DNA of 64,000 bases from Hyphomonadaceae bacterium. Its GTDB lineage: Bacteria; Pseudomonadota; Alphaproteobacteria; Caulobacterales; Hyphomonadaceae. The notes beneath the pieces were generated by a model. That model saw nothing but the letters and a program-made list of their open reading frames with translations, was not told the origin of the DNA and did no database searches. The translations under genes were made by a program, and so were the position numbers. Position 1 is the first letter of the stretch. The number at the start of each line of letters is the position of its first letter. The stretch spans positions 957-64,956 of the forward strand of contig JBBATZ010000015.1 of assembly GCA_040398425.1 (NCBI GenBank), written 5' to 3'. Below are positions 17,502-31,999 of the stretch, piece after piece.

Positions 17502-17954
17502 TCAGGAAGGGCGGCGGGGGCGCTGTTTCGGCGAGACCGACTTGATGATGAGTTCGCCTTTCGCCTTAGGGTCGAGCTTCCAGCCGGCCTGCAGCACGGC
17601 GGCGGCAATCAGCCGGTCGACCGGCTCGGACTTCAGCATGTCGAGGCCGGACAGGCGTACCGATCGGATACGCGCTCCCTTGCCCGTGAGCAGCCGATCC
17701 GGATCATCCAGGGACGCCCCGAACATGAAGAACAGGGTCGCCCACTTCGGAAACAGTGCAATGGAAATGGGCAAGGCGGAAACCTTGTCGGTCTCGCCGA
17801 AGCCAACGGCCAGCGAATTGTAATTGTCGTACGCCAGACAAAATGCGCCTGGCAGGCGTTTTCGGAGATGCCTGATCGCCGCTCGCCCGAGTTTTTCCAT
17901 CTCAGGCGAATACTTTTGCAGAAAGCCGTCCAGTTGCTGCTGGGCAGTGGCCAT
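17502..17954 (-). CDS. DUF1801 (YdhG-like) domain protein
   Basis: Internal ATG 17954: MATAQQQLDGFLQKYSPEMEKLGRAAIRHLRKRLPGA ... The upstream part of the track ORF is not protein-like. Confidence 0.55.
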   Translation of the reverse strand: MATAQQQLDGFLQKYSPEMEKLGRAAIRHLRKRLPGAFCLAYDNYNSLAVGFGETDKVSALPISIALFPKWATLFFMFGASLDDPDRLLTGKGARIRSVRLSGLDMLKSEPVDRLIAAAVLQAGWKLDPKAKGELIIKSVSPKQRPRRPS

Positions 17955-18050
17955 GGGGACAAGATAGTCTGTGTACGCTGTCAAACGCCAGCGCCACTGG
18001 AACCATTGTGTTGGGCGGGCATTTCCGTTCTGTCCTTTGGAGAACGTGGC

Positions 18051-18350
18051 ATGACCGATGCGAGACAGACGGCGACTGATTTCAGGAATTCGGCCGGCAA
18101 GATTGCCGACCGGGTGGCGGACAGGGTGGGTGCAGATATGTCGGAATTGTCGGAAAAAGCGCGTCGTGCACTGGGCGATGCTGGCGAGTTCGCCGGCGAA
18201 GTTGCTGACGGCGCAGTTCGCGGCGGCAAGAAAGCTGCGAAGTATGTAGTGAAAGAAGTGCGCGAGCATCCGCTGCGCACCCTCGCAATCGGCGCGGCTG
18301 TCGGCGCTGTCGTGGCCGCGGTGATCATGCTGCGTAACCGCGACGAATAG
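18051..18350 (+). CDS. DUF883 (ElaB/YqjD-like) membrane-anchored protein
   Basis: Internal ATG 18051. Helical Ala/Asp-rich body and a C-terminal HPLRTLAIGAAVGAVVAAVIML anchor. Confidence 0.65.
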   Translation: MTDARQTATDFRNSAGKIADRVADRVGADMSELSEKARRALGDAGEFAGEVADGAVRGGKKAAKYVVKEVREHPLRTLAIGAAVGAVVAAVIMLRNRDE

Positions 18351-18355
18351 GTCTA

Positions 18356-19987
18356 TCAGGCTGCGATGCGAGCCGCTGAAGCCAGTGCGACGGCTTCAGC
18401 GACTTTGATGCCGTCGACCGCAGCCGACAGGATTCCACCCGCATAGCCGGCGCCTTCGCCGGCCGGGTAGAGCCCTTTCACCGTGAGCGATTGAAGATCC
18501 GGGCCCCGTGTCATCCGCACGGGGCTCGATGTTCTTGTCTCTACGCCGGTCATCACCGCGTCATCCATCGAAAATCCGTCGATCTGTCGGCCGAACACGG
18601 CCAGCGCTTCGCGCATCGCCGTGGTGGCGTATTCCGGCAGGCACAGGTTCATGTCCGTCGGCGTCACGCCTGGCTTGTAGGATGGGATGACGGCCCCGAG
18701 TGCGGTCGAGGGGCGGTTGGCGAGGAAGTCGCCAACAAGCTGCGCAGGCGCAAACCAGGATGATCCGCCGGCCTTGTACGCCAGTTCCTCCCAATGCCGC
18801 TGGAAGGCGATGCCTGCGAGCGGATTGGCGCGGGCGTCTTCGGGGAAGTCTTCAGGCGTCACCCCGACCACCATGCCGGCGTTCGCGTTGCGCTCGTGAC
18901 GCGAATACTGGCTCATCCCGTTGGTAACGAGGCGACCGGGCTCGGACGCTGTCGCGACCACCGTACCGCCCGGGCACATGCAGAACGAATAGACCGAGCG
19001 GCCATTGCTGGCGTGGTGCGCCAGCTTGTAGTCGGCGGCGCCGAGGATCGGGTGCCCCGCATTCGGCCCGAAGCGCGCACAATCGATGATCGACTGCGGA
19101 TGCTCGATACGAACGCCGATGGAGAAGGGCTTTGCTTCAAAAAAGACGCCGCGGTCGTACAGCATCTGGAAAGTGTCGCGCGCTGAGTGGCCCAGCGCCA
19201 TGACGACGCGATCTGTCTCGATGGCCTCGCCGCTATCAAGCACGACGCCTGCGATACTTTTCTCGCGGCCATTTTCCTGGATCAGGATGTCGGTGACGCG
19301 CTGATCGAACCGTATCTCGCCGCCGAGCGCGATGATCTTGGCGCGCATGTGCTCGATCATCGACACCAGCCGGAAGGTGCCAATGTGCGGTTTCGAGACA
19401 AAAAGGATTTCCTCGGGCGCGCCAGCTTCCACGAATTCCTTCAGCACCTTGCGACCCAGATGGCGCGGGTCCTTGATCTGGGAGTAGAGCTTGCCGTCCG
19501 AGAACGTGCCCGCGCCGCCTTCGCCAAACTGCGCGTTGGATTCCGGGTTGAGCTCCGCCTTGCGCCAGAACTTGAAGGTGTCGACGGTGCGTTCGCGCAC
19601 GATCTTGCCGCGCTCGAGAATGATCGGATTGAAACCCATCTCGGCGAGCAGCAGCCCTGCGAACAACCCGCACGGGCCTAGACCCGCCACGACCGGGCGC
19701 GCCTGACCCTGTGGCGCGCGGACGGGCGGCTTGTAGTCAAGATCGGGCGACTTCCCGATCTGCTTGTCCTTGGCGAGGCGTTTCAGAACGCTCGCCTCGT
19801 CCTTCACCTCGCAATCGAGCGTGTAGATCAGCTGAATGTCCGACCGCTTGCGCGCGTCATAGGCGCGCTTGAACACGGTAAAAGAGACGAGCGCCTGATC
19901 GGAAAGTGCGAGGCGTTTAAGGACCGCCTGTCGAAGCGCGGGCTCGGCATGGTCGAGCGGCAGCTTCAGTTCCTGGATGCGTAGCAT
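18356..19987 (-). CDS. NAD(P)/FAD-dependent oxidoreductase (COG2509-type)
   Basis: MLRIQELKLPLDH start, VVAGLGPCGLFAGLLLAEMG dinucleotide motif, C-terminal GLYPAGEGAGYAGGI. Confidence 0.75.
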   Translation of the reverse strand: MLRIQELKLPLDHAEPALRQAVLKRLALSDQALVSFTVFKRAYDARKRSDIQLIYTLDCEVKDEASVLKRLAKDKQIGKSPDLDYKPPVRAPQGQARPVVAGLGPCGLFAGLLLAEMGFNPIILERGKIVRERTVDTFKFWRKAELNPESNAQFGEGGAGTFSDGKLYSQIKDPRHLGRKVLKEFVEAGAPEEILFVSKPHIGTFRLVSMIEHMRAKIIALGGEIRFDQRVTDILIQENGREKSIAGVVLDSGEAIETDRVVMALGHSARDTFQMLYDRGVFFEAKPFSIGVRIEHPQSIIDCARFGPNAGHPILGAADYKLAHHASNGRSVYSFCMCPGGTVVATASEPGRLVTNGMSQYSRHERNANAGMVVGVTPEDFPEDARANPLAGIAFQRHWEELAYKAGGSSWFAPAQLVGDFLANRPSTALGAVIPSYKPGVTPTDMNLCLPEYATTAMREALAVFGRQIDGFSMDDAVMTGVETRTSSPVRMTRGPDLQSLTVKGLYPAGEGAGYAGGILSAAVDGIKVAEAVALASAARIAA

Positions 19988-20076
19988 CGTGTCGTTTCCC
20001 ATGGGGGTGGCGCAACGCACACCAGACCATGGGCGGGCATATAAGCGAGGTCGTGTCCAAGGGCAAATCGAGGTGG

Positions 20077-21222
20077 TTAAGCCTCGTCTAGCAGGCCGAT
20101 CAACCGCTCCCGCGCCTCAAGGAAATCCTCGCGGAACTGTTGCACGACCTGGCCGCAGGACATGGCCTGATCCATCAGCCCGACGCCTTGTCCCACCCAG
20201 TACGTGGAAAGCTGCCGGGCGCCTTCATGGCCCGCGTCCGCCATCTTGTTGATGCGGCGCAGGGCGGGCTCCGAAACGAAGGTCTGTAGCGGCATGGGCA
20301 GGGGCGTGGGGGCATCGTCACGCTCCCAGGCATCTGTCCAGGGTGAGCGCAATTGGCGCGACGGTTTGCCGGTACGCGAGCGCGATCGGACCGTGTCGCG
20401 GGAGGATGCGGCGAGCATTTTTTCCTTCACCGCAGGATGCGTCTCCGCCTCGGCCGTGGTCAGCCACACCGAGCCGCACCACGCGCCAGCGGCGCCCATC
20501 GCCATCGCCGCCGCCATCTGGCCGCCCGTGGTGATGCCGCCCGCCGCGAGGATCGGCGTGCTGGCGCCAATTGTCTTCAGTGCGCGATGCACCTCCGGGA
20601 TCAGAACCATCGTGGAGACGTCGCCACAATGGCCGCCCGCTTCTCCGCCCGCGACCACCAGAATGTCGACACCGGCGTGAACCTGCGCAATCGCGTGCTC
20701 CTTGGCGCCGACCAGCGCCGCGACGGGCACACCGTGACGCTTGCCCAGCTCGAGCATCACAGGCGGCGGCACGCCCAGCGCATTGGCGATCAGGCGGATC
20801 GGAAACTCGAAGGCAACCTCCAGCGAACCGGCGGCGCCATCGGCGCGCATGTTCTTTGCGAAGTCGACGCTTCTGGTGCGATCGCCATCGAGATCGCCGG
20901 GTTCGATGCCGTGCGTCTTCAGAATGCCTGCGGCAAAATCCTTGTGTTCCTGTGGAATGGCGGCGAGCAGGGCGGCCCCACTGAAGGCGTCGGACTTGCC
21001 TTCCATCTTGTTGGGCACGATCAGGTCGACGCCATAGGGCTTGCCGCCGCAATGCGCATCGATCCAGGTCAGTTCCTCGCGCAGCTTGTCCGGCGGCAGG
21101 TTCACGGCGCCGAACACGCCCATGCCGCCCGCGCGCGAGACCGCCGCCACCACATCGCGGCAATGGCTGAAGGCAAGCAGGGGAAACTCGATGCCGAGCA
21201 TCTTGCAGATGGGAGAATGCAT
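20077..21222 (-). CDS. Nitronate monooxygenase (NMO / 2-nitropropane dioxygenase family)
   Basis: ATG 21222 preceded by AGGAAG. MHSPICKMLGIEFPLLAFSH ... VVAGGEAGGHCG. Confidence 0.8.
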   Translation of the reverse strand: MHSPICKMLGIEFPLLAFSHCRDVVAAVSRAGGMGVFGAVNLPPDKLREELTWIDAHCGGKPYGVDLIVPNKMEGKSDAFSGAALLAAIPQEHKDFAAGILKTHGIEPGDLDGDRTRSVDFAKNMRADGAAGSLEVAFEFPIRLIANALGVPPPVMLELGKRHGVPVAALVGAKEHAIAQVHAGVDILVVAGGEAGGHCGDVSTMVLIPEVHRALKTIGASTPILAAGGITTGGQMAAAMAMGAAGAWCGSVWLTTAEAETHPAVKEKMLAASSRDTVRSRSRTGKPSRQLRSPWTDAWERDDAPTPLPMPLQTFVSEPALRRINKMADAGHEGARQLSTYWVGQGVGLMDQAMSCGQVVQQFREDFLEARERLIGLLDEA

Positions 21223-21300
21223 AGGGGCTTCCTGACACGCGGTTACGCGCGCGGCAGGGTGGTACGTCCGGTGAAGCACGTCAATTTAACGTAGAGGCAT

Positions 21301-22776
21301 CTAGCGCGGCAGGCTGGACGCGCCCATCAGGTATTCGTCCACCGACCGTGCGCACTGACGCCCCTCGCGGATCGCCCAAACGACGAGCGACTGACCGCGA
21401 CGCATGTCACCGCATGTGAAGATGCGGTCAGCGCTGGTCTTGTAGTCGTCCGTGTTGGCCGCGACGTTGCCGCGCGGATCGAGGGTCGCCGCGCTTTGAT
21501 CGACGAGGCCCGGAATGACCGGGCCGGTAAAGCCCATGGCGAGCAGAACGAGATCGGCCTTCAGTTCGAACTCCGAGCCTTCGATCTCCTTCATCTCCAT
21601 GCCTCTCGGGCCGCGCACCCATTCCGTGCGCGCACAGACGAGCGCTTTGACTTTGCCGCCTTCGCCGATGGCGCGCTTGGTCACGACGGCCCAATCACGC
21701 TCGCAGCCTTCTTCGTGGCTGGAAGACGTACGCAGCTTCAGCGGCCAGTCCGGCCACGTCATCTGCTTGTTTTCCTGCGATGGCGGCTTCGGCATGATTT
21801 CGAGCTGAGTCACTGATGCAGCGCCGTGGCGGTTGGACGTGCCAATGCAGTCGGACCCCGTATCGCCGCCGCCGATGACGATCACATGCTTGCCCTCGGC
21901 GCGGATCGTGCCGCCGGGCGCTGCTGTCTTCTCGTCATCGCCCGCAACGCGCTTGTTCTGCTGCGTGAGGAAATCCATCGCGTAGTGGACGCCATCAAGC
22001 TCGCGCCCCGGGATCGGCAGGTCACGCGGCTTCTCGGCTCCACCGGCCAGCACGATCACCTGATAGTCGTCGAGCAGGCGCTGGACCGATACATCGATGC
22101 CGACATGCATGCGCTGGCGGAAGATGACGCCTTCGCCCTCCATCTGCCGGATGCGCTTGTCGATCGTGCTCTTTTCCATCTTGAAGTCGGGGATGCCATA
22201 GCGGAGCAGGCCGCCGATGCGATCGCTCTTCTCGAATACGGTCGGTGAATGACCCGCACGCGCCAGCTGCTGCGCGCAGGCGAGGCCCGCCGGGCCAGAG
22301 CCGATCACCGCGACGCGCTTGCCTGTGCCGCGCGGCGCCTGTTGCGGTTTGATCCAGCCTTCATCCCAGCCGCGATCGACAATCTCGCACTCGATGGCTT
22401 TGATCGAGACCGGGTTGTTGTTGATGTTGAGAACGCATGAGGCCTCGCACGGCGCCGGGCAGATGCGACCCGTGAATTCCGGGAAGTTGTTGGTGGAGTG
22501 CAGGTTCTCCAGCGCGCGCTTCCAGTGGTCGCGATAGACGAGGTTGTTCCAGTCCGGGATCTGGTTGTTGACCGGGCAGCCGGGCGTGCCCGGCGCGACA
22601 GAGCCCGTGCCCTGGCAAAACGGGATGCCGCAATCCATGCAGCGCGCCGCCTGCGTGCGGATTTCGGCGTTGTCCATCCGCTTCAGGAATTCGGCATAGT
22701 TCTTCTTGCGCGCCTCCGGCTTTTCGTAGGCGCGTTCTTTCTTCTCGTACTCGAGGAAGCCTGTGGGCTTGCCCAT
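21301..22776 (-). CDS. gltD: Glutamate synthase small subunit
   Basis: 491 aa. [31 protein letters not shown]. Confidence 0.95.
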   Translation of the reverse strand: MGKPTGFLEYEKKERAYEKPEARKKNYAEFLKRMDNAEIRTQAARCMDCGIPFCQGTGSVAPGTPGCPVNNQIPDWNNLVYRDHWKRALENLHSTNNFPEFTGRICPAPCEASCVLNINNNPVSIKAIECEIVDRGWDEGWIKPQQAPRGTGKRVAVIGSGPAGLACAQQLARAGHSPTVFEKSDRIGGLLRYGIPDFKMEKSTIDKRIRQMEGEGVIFRQRMHVGIDVSVQRLLDDYQVIVLAGGAEKPRDLPIPGRELDGVHYAMDFLTQQNKRVAGDDEKTAAPGGTIRAEGKHVIVIGGGDTGSDCIGTSNRHGAASVTQLEIMPKPPSQENKQMTWPDWPLKLRTSSSHEEGCERDWAVVTKRAIGEGGKVKALVCARTEWVRGPRGMEMKEIEGSEFELKADLVLLAMGFTGPVIPGLVDQSAATLDPRGNVAANTDDYKTSADRIFTCGDMRRGQSLVVWAIREGRQCARSVDEYLMGASSLPR

Positions 22777-22791
22777 GTGCTTGCTCCCTGA

Positions 22792-27441
<4,650 letters not shown>

Positions 27442-27568
27442 GCGCGTAAACTCGTCTCGTCACTGTGAGCTTGAGCGCGTAGCAGCTAGGGACGGAATTT
27501 CAATCGAATAGGCCCCGCTGCGACATGATTTGCTCGTGGATGTCTGCCGTGGGGAGAGTTGCGCACGA

Positions 27569-27647
27569 GTCTTGCGGCCGCAAAGCGCATCTATCCCCAA
27601 GCCTCAGCGAGAAACTGTTGCCCGCCCGGGCGTCTTGCGCCGCAAGC
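27569..27647. promoter_or_regulatory. Two related palindromic boxes in the gltB upstream region
   Basis: GTCTTGCGGCCGCAAAG (27569-27585) and GTCTTGCGCCGCAAGC (27632-27647), lying roughly 130-210 nt upstream of the gltB start (27441, minus strand). Confidence 0.4.
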
Positions 27648-27756
27648 TCATGCTGCTGACAGCGCATCTCGCGAAAAGTCTATCGCCAAAGGGGGGGCGG
27701 TTAATCTGACGCTGCCCGCATTAGAACAACCCCCAGCTTGTCGACCGAGGCGTCGG

Positions 27757-28704
27757 CTAGCAGGGGTAGAGTTGCGCCTTCTCGGCGGCGTAGGGCGCAT
27801 AGGACTCCTTCAGCGTCGCCTGGTTCAGCAGCATCGTGGCGATAACCTTTGTCTCGCCGGGGCGATAAACGAAGGTCCGCGTCCAGTAGGACTCCGTCCG
27901 GCGGCTCCCGCTCAGCGCCACGATCTCGCGCTCGATCTCATAGTCCTCGCCGACGAACAGCGGCCCGTCGATCATGCGGATCTCCTGGTCGGCGAAAAGG
28001 CCCACAGCGGGGCCGCGAACTTTGAGCCCATCCTGCCGCGCCACATACTGCAGCAGCACGCTGACCATTTCCCACGGCACAATCGGTCGCCTGAACGGAT
28101 TGTCCGCGCCAGAGTACCAGGGCGAGGGTTCCGTGATCTTTGCCAGCTTCTGTTTCAGCGAGAAGGGATAGAGATCGCCCATGTGCTGGTCCGCCTCCAT
28201 ACGGACCTTCGCGCGCTGGGTGCGCTGCCCGACTTTCAGGGCGTGCAGGATCACCGGCTGTTCGAGCGGCTGCAGTTCGCCCAGCCGCAGGTCTAGCGCC
28301 GTTGGCGGCGATTGCGGTCCCACGGACGCCGTGCCCTTCAGCACTTCCGTGCCGTCGTGCTTCGTCGCCCAGATCTTCGCGTGATCCTGGCCCGGCTCGC
28401 GCTCGATGAAGGCGCGGACTTCCTCACCCTCCATCACCATGTTGCGGTAGTGAACGGACAGGCAGCCCTCGCGCAGGAACCGCTCGCCCCAGATCGCCTC
28501 CGCCAGCGGCACGAACTGGCTGTAGTGCGTCGGCCCCTCGATCGGCCCCGCCTTGAAGCCCAGCTTCTGCGCCATCGCGTCGTCATGCAGCGACAGGTGA
28601 TTGTCGTAGGACTGCTCCAGCAACATGTTCACCGGCTTGCGCCACGGTCCGGCCAGCACCTGGCCAATGCTCTCAAGCTGGACGTCGAACGCGCGGCTGG
28701 ACAT
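27757..28704 (-). CDS. Double hotdog-fold (MaoC dehydratase-like) protein
   Basis: 315 aa. LSLHDDAMAQKLGFKAGPIEGP resembles the MaoC-like motif. The size fits two hotdog domains. Confidence 0.5.
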   Translation of the reverse strand: MSSRAFDVQLESIGQVLAGPWRKPVNMLLEQSYDNHLSLHDDAMAQKLGFKAGPIEGPTHYSQFVPLAEAIWGERFLREGCLSVHYRNMVMEGEEVRAFIEREPGQDHAKIWATKHDGTEVLKGTASVGPQSPPTALDLRLGELQPLEQPVILHALKVGQRTQRAKVRMEADQHMGDLYPFSLKQKLAKITEPSPWYSGADNPFRRPIVPWEMVSVLLQYVARQDGLKVRGPAVGLFADQEIRMIDGPLFVGEDYEIEREIVALSGSRRTESYWTRTFVYRPGETKVIATMLLNQATLKESYAPYAAEKAQLYPC

Positions 28705-28810
28705 GTGTTTTCTCCCTGGCCGAACTATCGCCCGCCCGGTCGCAGTGGCGCAAGGCCGCCGTCGGCCCTAGATTAGGAGCGAAGGAGCCCAAAGCTTCAG
28801 GGAGATTGCC

Positions 28811-29473
28811 ATGGGTAAACCGCTGCGCATCGATTTCGTGTCTGACGTCGCCTGTCCGTGGTGCGTCGTCGGCCTGCGCTCCCTGCTGCAGGCGTTGGAT
28901 GCCGTCGGCGACAAGGTCGAGGCGGAAATCCACTTCCAGCCTTTCGAGCTGAACCCTGACATGCCGCCCGAAGGCGAGAACACGACCGAGCACGTGCAGA
29001 AGAAGTATGGCGCTGACCCGGCGCGTTCGGCCGCCTCGCGCAACGCCATCCGCGACAGCGGCGAAGCGCTGGGCTTCAAGTTCAACTACGACGCCAATAG
29101 CCGCATCTGGAACACGTTCGATGCGCACCGCTTGCTCTACTGGGCGGGCATCGAGGGGCGGCAGCTGGAAATGAAGGAGGCGCTGTTCGCCGCTAACTTC
29201 ACGGACCAGAAATCCACCAGCGATCACGAGGTGCTCATCGGCGCCGCGAAAACCGCGGGGCTGGATGCAGACAAGGCGCGCGACGTGCTCACCTCTGGCG
29301 CCTACACCGCAGAAGTTCGCCACGAGGAAGAAGTCTGGCGCAATCGCGGCATCAGCGCCGTGCCGTCGGTCATCTTCAACCAGCGCTGGATGGTGCAGGG
29401 CGGCCAGCCGCCCAAAGTGTTCGAGCAGGCGATCCGCCAGATCGTGGACGGGTCAGCGTCCGAGGCGCCGTAG
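28811..29473 (+). CDS. DsbA/FrnE-like thiol:disulfide oxidoreductase
   Basis: 220 aa. IDFVSDVACPWCVVG (CPWC active site). Confidence 0.85.
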   Translation: MGKPLRIDFVSDVACPWCVVGLRSLLQALDAVGDKVEAEIHFQPFELNPDMPPEGENTTEHVQKKYGADPARSAASRNAIRDSGEALGFKFNYDANSRIWNTFDAHRLLYWAGIEGRQLEMKEALFAANFTDQKSTSDHEVLIGAAKTAGLDADKARDVLTSGAYTAEVRHEEEVWRNRGISAVPSVIFNQRWMVQGGQPPKVFEQAIRQIVDGSASEAP

Positions 29474-29482
29474 TGTCAGTCC

Positions 29483-30175
29483 TCAAGGCGTCAGGAACAG
29501 CGTCCGCTCGCGTGCGCGGCGTTTCGCCAGCGCCTTCATCACCACGCCATTCATCCTGTTCCACAAGAGGAAGCTGTTCGCCGCGCCCGGGCGATCCTCC
29601 TTGTTGACGCGCTTCACGATCGACGACTTTCGCGTCTTGCCGGAGCCTACATTGTAGCAGAACGCCGTCATGGCGCTGAACTCGTTCAGCGTGATGGGGA
29701 CCTTCACGTAGCGCTCGATGGAGTCTTCGCACCAGTGCAGGTCTTCCTTCAGGAAAGCGTCCGCCGTGGCCTCGTCGATCACGTCGTCCTCGCCCTCCAT
29801 CATCAGGTGGCCATAGCCGATCAGCCACAGCCCCCCGAGCTCGTACGCCTCAAGCCGCAGCTTCTCTTCTTCCTTGATGATCTGGATCGCGGTGTGGTTC
29901 GTGTTGTACTCGGCCGGCATCCGGTAAGTTGCGACCGGCTCCAGCTCGTCGAGAAAGCTCACCTCCTCGGTCAGCGGCACGAGCGGCACGCCATTCATCA
30001 TCGGAATGGAGTCAGCCTCGACATCGGGCACCAGTGGCATCGCGGGCAGGGGTTCTGCGGCCGCATCAGCGCTACGTGACAGGTTCAGCGTCGCGTCCGG
30101 CGCTGGCGCAGGGCCGCAGGACGCCAGCAGGCAGGCAGCGCCGAGAGCGCAAAGGACCTGCAGTCTCGTCCCCAC
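29483..30175 (-). CDS. Lipoprotein GH24 (phage-type) lysozyme
   Basis: GTG 30175 preceded by AGGGAG. VGTRLQVLCALGAACLLASC lipobox. EEKLRLEAYELGGLWLIGYGH matches the GH24 catalytic region. Confidence 0.7.
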   Translation of the reverse strand: MGTRLQVLCALGAACLLASCGPAPAPDATLNLSRSADAAAEPLPAMPLVPDVEADSIPMMNGVPLVPLTEEVSFLDELEPVATYRMPAEYNTNHTAIQIIKEEEKLRLEAYELGGLWLIGYGHLMMEGEDDVIDEATADAFLKEDLHWCEDSIERYVKVPITLNEFSAMTAFCYNVGSGKTRKSSIVKRVNKEDRPGAANSFLLWNRMNGVVMKALAKRRARERTLFLTP

Positions 30176-30288
30176 GTTCGACTCCCTCGCATCCCAGCCG
30201 TCGGACGGCAGACAACCACACGGGCAGTGCTTGTAAAGCCAACCGCTGCAGCACAAGGGCTCTGCGAGATACGTGCAGATCAGCGGGT

Positions 30289-30342
30289 TCTGTTTACTTT
30301 CTGATCACCAATATAAACAGAGTAAAACCAGATAAAAACCAG
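30289..30342. promoter_or_regulatory. Inverted and direct repeats in the AT-rich lysozyme/MarR divergent intergenic region
   Basis: TCTGTTTA (30289-30296) / TAAACAGA (30314-30321) inverted repeat, followed by TAAAACCAG (30323-30331) and TAAAAACCAG (30333-30342) as direct repeats. Confidence 0.45.
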
Positions 30343-30440
30343 TAGAAAATTGCAGCAAACTCGTTCGACTTAGCGATTGCTTAGTCACCCTCGTGTAGCT
30401 TCACCAATAAGCCGACCAGAGCGGCACAAAAAACAAAACG

Positions 30441-30950
30441 ATGGTGATGGTGATGACGAACGTGAAGGTCCGCGAAATCGCGGGTGACGACAACGTTGAG
30501 CAATCCTTCCTGAAAGCCCTGTCGCTGCTGGAGCAGGCGCACCGCCGTCTCCACGACGTGGTGAAGGACAATCTGGAACGTAACGGCGAGCGTTCGCTGA
30601 CCGGCGTGCAAGCCCTGCTGTTGTACGAAATCGGTGAGACCGAAACGCCCGCCAGCGCTCTTCGTGCGCGGGGCTCCTTCGCCGGCACGTCGATGTCCTA
30701 CAACGTCAAGAAGCTTCAGGAAGGCGGCTATCTCGTGCAGTCGCGCTCCAGCGATGATCGCCGCACGGTTCGCCTCAAGCTCACGCCGTCGGGCAAGGCC
30801 GTCCGCAATCGCGTCGCCGATCTCTTCGAGAAACAGGCCGGTTCGCTCGAGCCCACCGCTTCGGTGCGCTCGGATGACCTCGACCAGCTGAACAAGTCGC
30901 TGGCTCGCCTTGAGCGCTTCTGGTCGGACCAGATCCGCTACCAGCTCTAG
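30441..30950 (+). CDS. MarR-family transcriptional regulator (LdtR-like)
   Basis: 169 aa. Winged-helix region LTGVQALLLYEIGE ... SYNVKKLQEGGYLVQSRSSDDRRTVRLKLTPSG. Confidence 0.85.
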   Translation: MVMVMTNVKVREIAGDDNVEQSFLKALSLLEQAHRRLHDVVKDNLERNGERSLTGVQALLLYEIGETETPASALRARGSFAGTSMSYNVKKLQEGGYLVQSRSSDDRRTVRLKLTPSGKAVRNRVADLFEKQAGSLEPTASVRSDDLDQLNKSLARLERFWSDQIRYQL

Positions 30951-31064
30951 GTTTACAGGTTTCTGTTTGTACGCGTGCAGACCCCGGCCTGATAGTTCGG
31001 GGCTGACAACCTAAGGGAAGCGGGCGGACTTGCCTTCAACTGGCGACCCTACCTGACACCCTCC

Positions 31065-31099
31065 GCCGCCGGCCTCGCAAGAGGCCGGCGGTTCTGTTT
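31065..31099 (+). terminator. Rho-independent terminator
   Basis: CCGCCGGCCTC-gcaa-GAGGCCGGCGG (11-bp stem, GNRA-type loop) followed by TTCTGTTTT. It also abuts the stop of the convergent gene at 31100. Confidence 0.8.
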
Positions 31100-31999
31100 T
31101 CAGTTTGCCTTTCCGACGTTGTCGGTGAAGCGTGCGCCCAGCATCATGCCGCCGATCGAATAATTGCCCTCGTGACAGGCGGATTCAAACATCGCGTGAT
31201 CGGTGCGTCTCGGCGCGTACTGCACCCGCATCGGCTCGGCCAGCATCGCTCTGTCCTCCAGAACATAGTCATAGCTGATCTCGTCAGGCGCAATCAGGCT
31301 GAACCGCTCGGTGACGCGGCGTTGCTGATCAAAGGCAGGCATTCCGGGCGGGGCCAGTGGCGGCCGGATCTGCGTGGTGACGACCACCAGCGTGTCGCCA
31401 TCCGAGGCCGCTACAGAGTCACCTGCTAGCGAGACGAGGCTGGTGGGGCGTGGGGCCGCGCCAATTCCGATGACCCGGGTCACCATCTGGTCTTCCGTGT
31501 AGACCATCATGTGACCGGGAGTCTGGACGATCTGGCGGTACATGCTGCCGGGGCTCACGCAGAGCGGGGCGCGGCCATTGGCGCTCAGGCAGCGCTCATC
31601 GTTCGACAGGCCTTCCGGATTCTCGGCTGCCGTGCGGACATCGCGGTTCTTGGCGACGAGCTCTTTCGCGAGCTGTGTCTGCGCGCGCTTACCATTGGCA
31701 GGTGCGACAATCAGCGATGTGCGAAACGCGCCGTCGCCTGCTGGCAGAAGTCCAGCAAAGTCGAAATCGCCATCCGGGTGCAGGGCAGCGCCTTCGCCTT
31801 GCAGCGCCCTGTAGCGCGCAGCCACATAGGCGGCGGCAGCCTCGCCGGAGACGGTGGCTTCGGTCGTGCCGTCCAGTCGCTCCAACGGCGTCAGCCAGCG
31901 TCTCTCCCACACGCCCCGAAAGTCTGGACGCCCTTCCGCTGTGCGGGGCGTGTTGGCTGACTGCCCGTGCGCGTTCGCACTCGACACCGCGAGCGCCAC
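31100..31999 (-). CDS. Hypothetical exported protein whose signal peptide is interrupted by an amber codon
   Basis: 299 aa from GTG 31999. C-terminal ACHEGNYSIGGMMLGAR motif. Upstream in frame: ATG(32026) MLFKRL-TAG-VFVALAVSSANA. Confidence 0.6.
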   Translation of the reverse strand: MALAVSSANAHGQSANTPRTAEGRPDFRGVWERRWLTPLERLDGTTEATVSGEAAAAYVAARYRALQGEGAALHPDGDFDFAGLLPAGDGAFRTSLIVAPANGKRAQTQLAKELVAKNRDVRTAAENPEGLSNDERCLSANGRAPLCVSPGSMYRQIVQTPGHMMVYTEDQMVTRVIGIGAAPRPTSLVSLAGDSVAASDGDTLVVVTTQIRPPLAPPGMPAFDQQRRVTERFSLIAPDEISYDYVLEDRAMLAEPMRVQYAPRRTDHAMFESACHEGNYSIGGMMLGARFTDNVGKAN

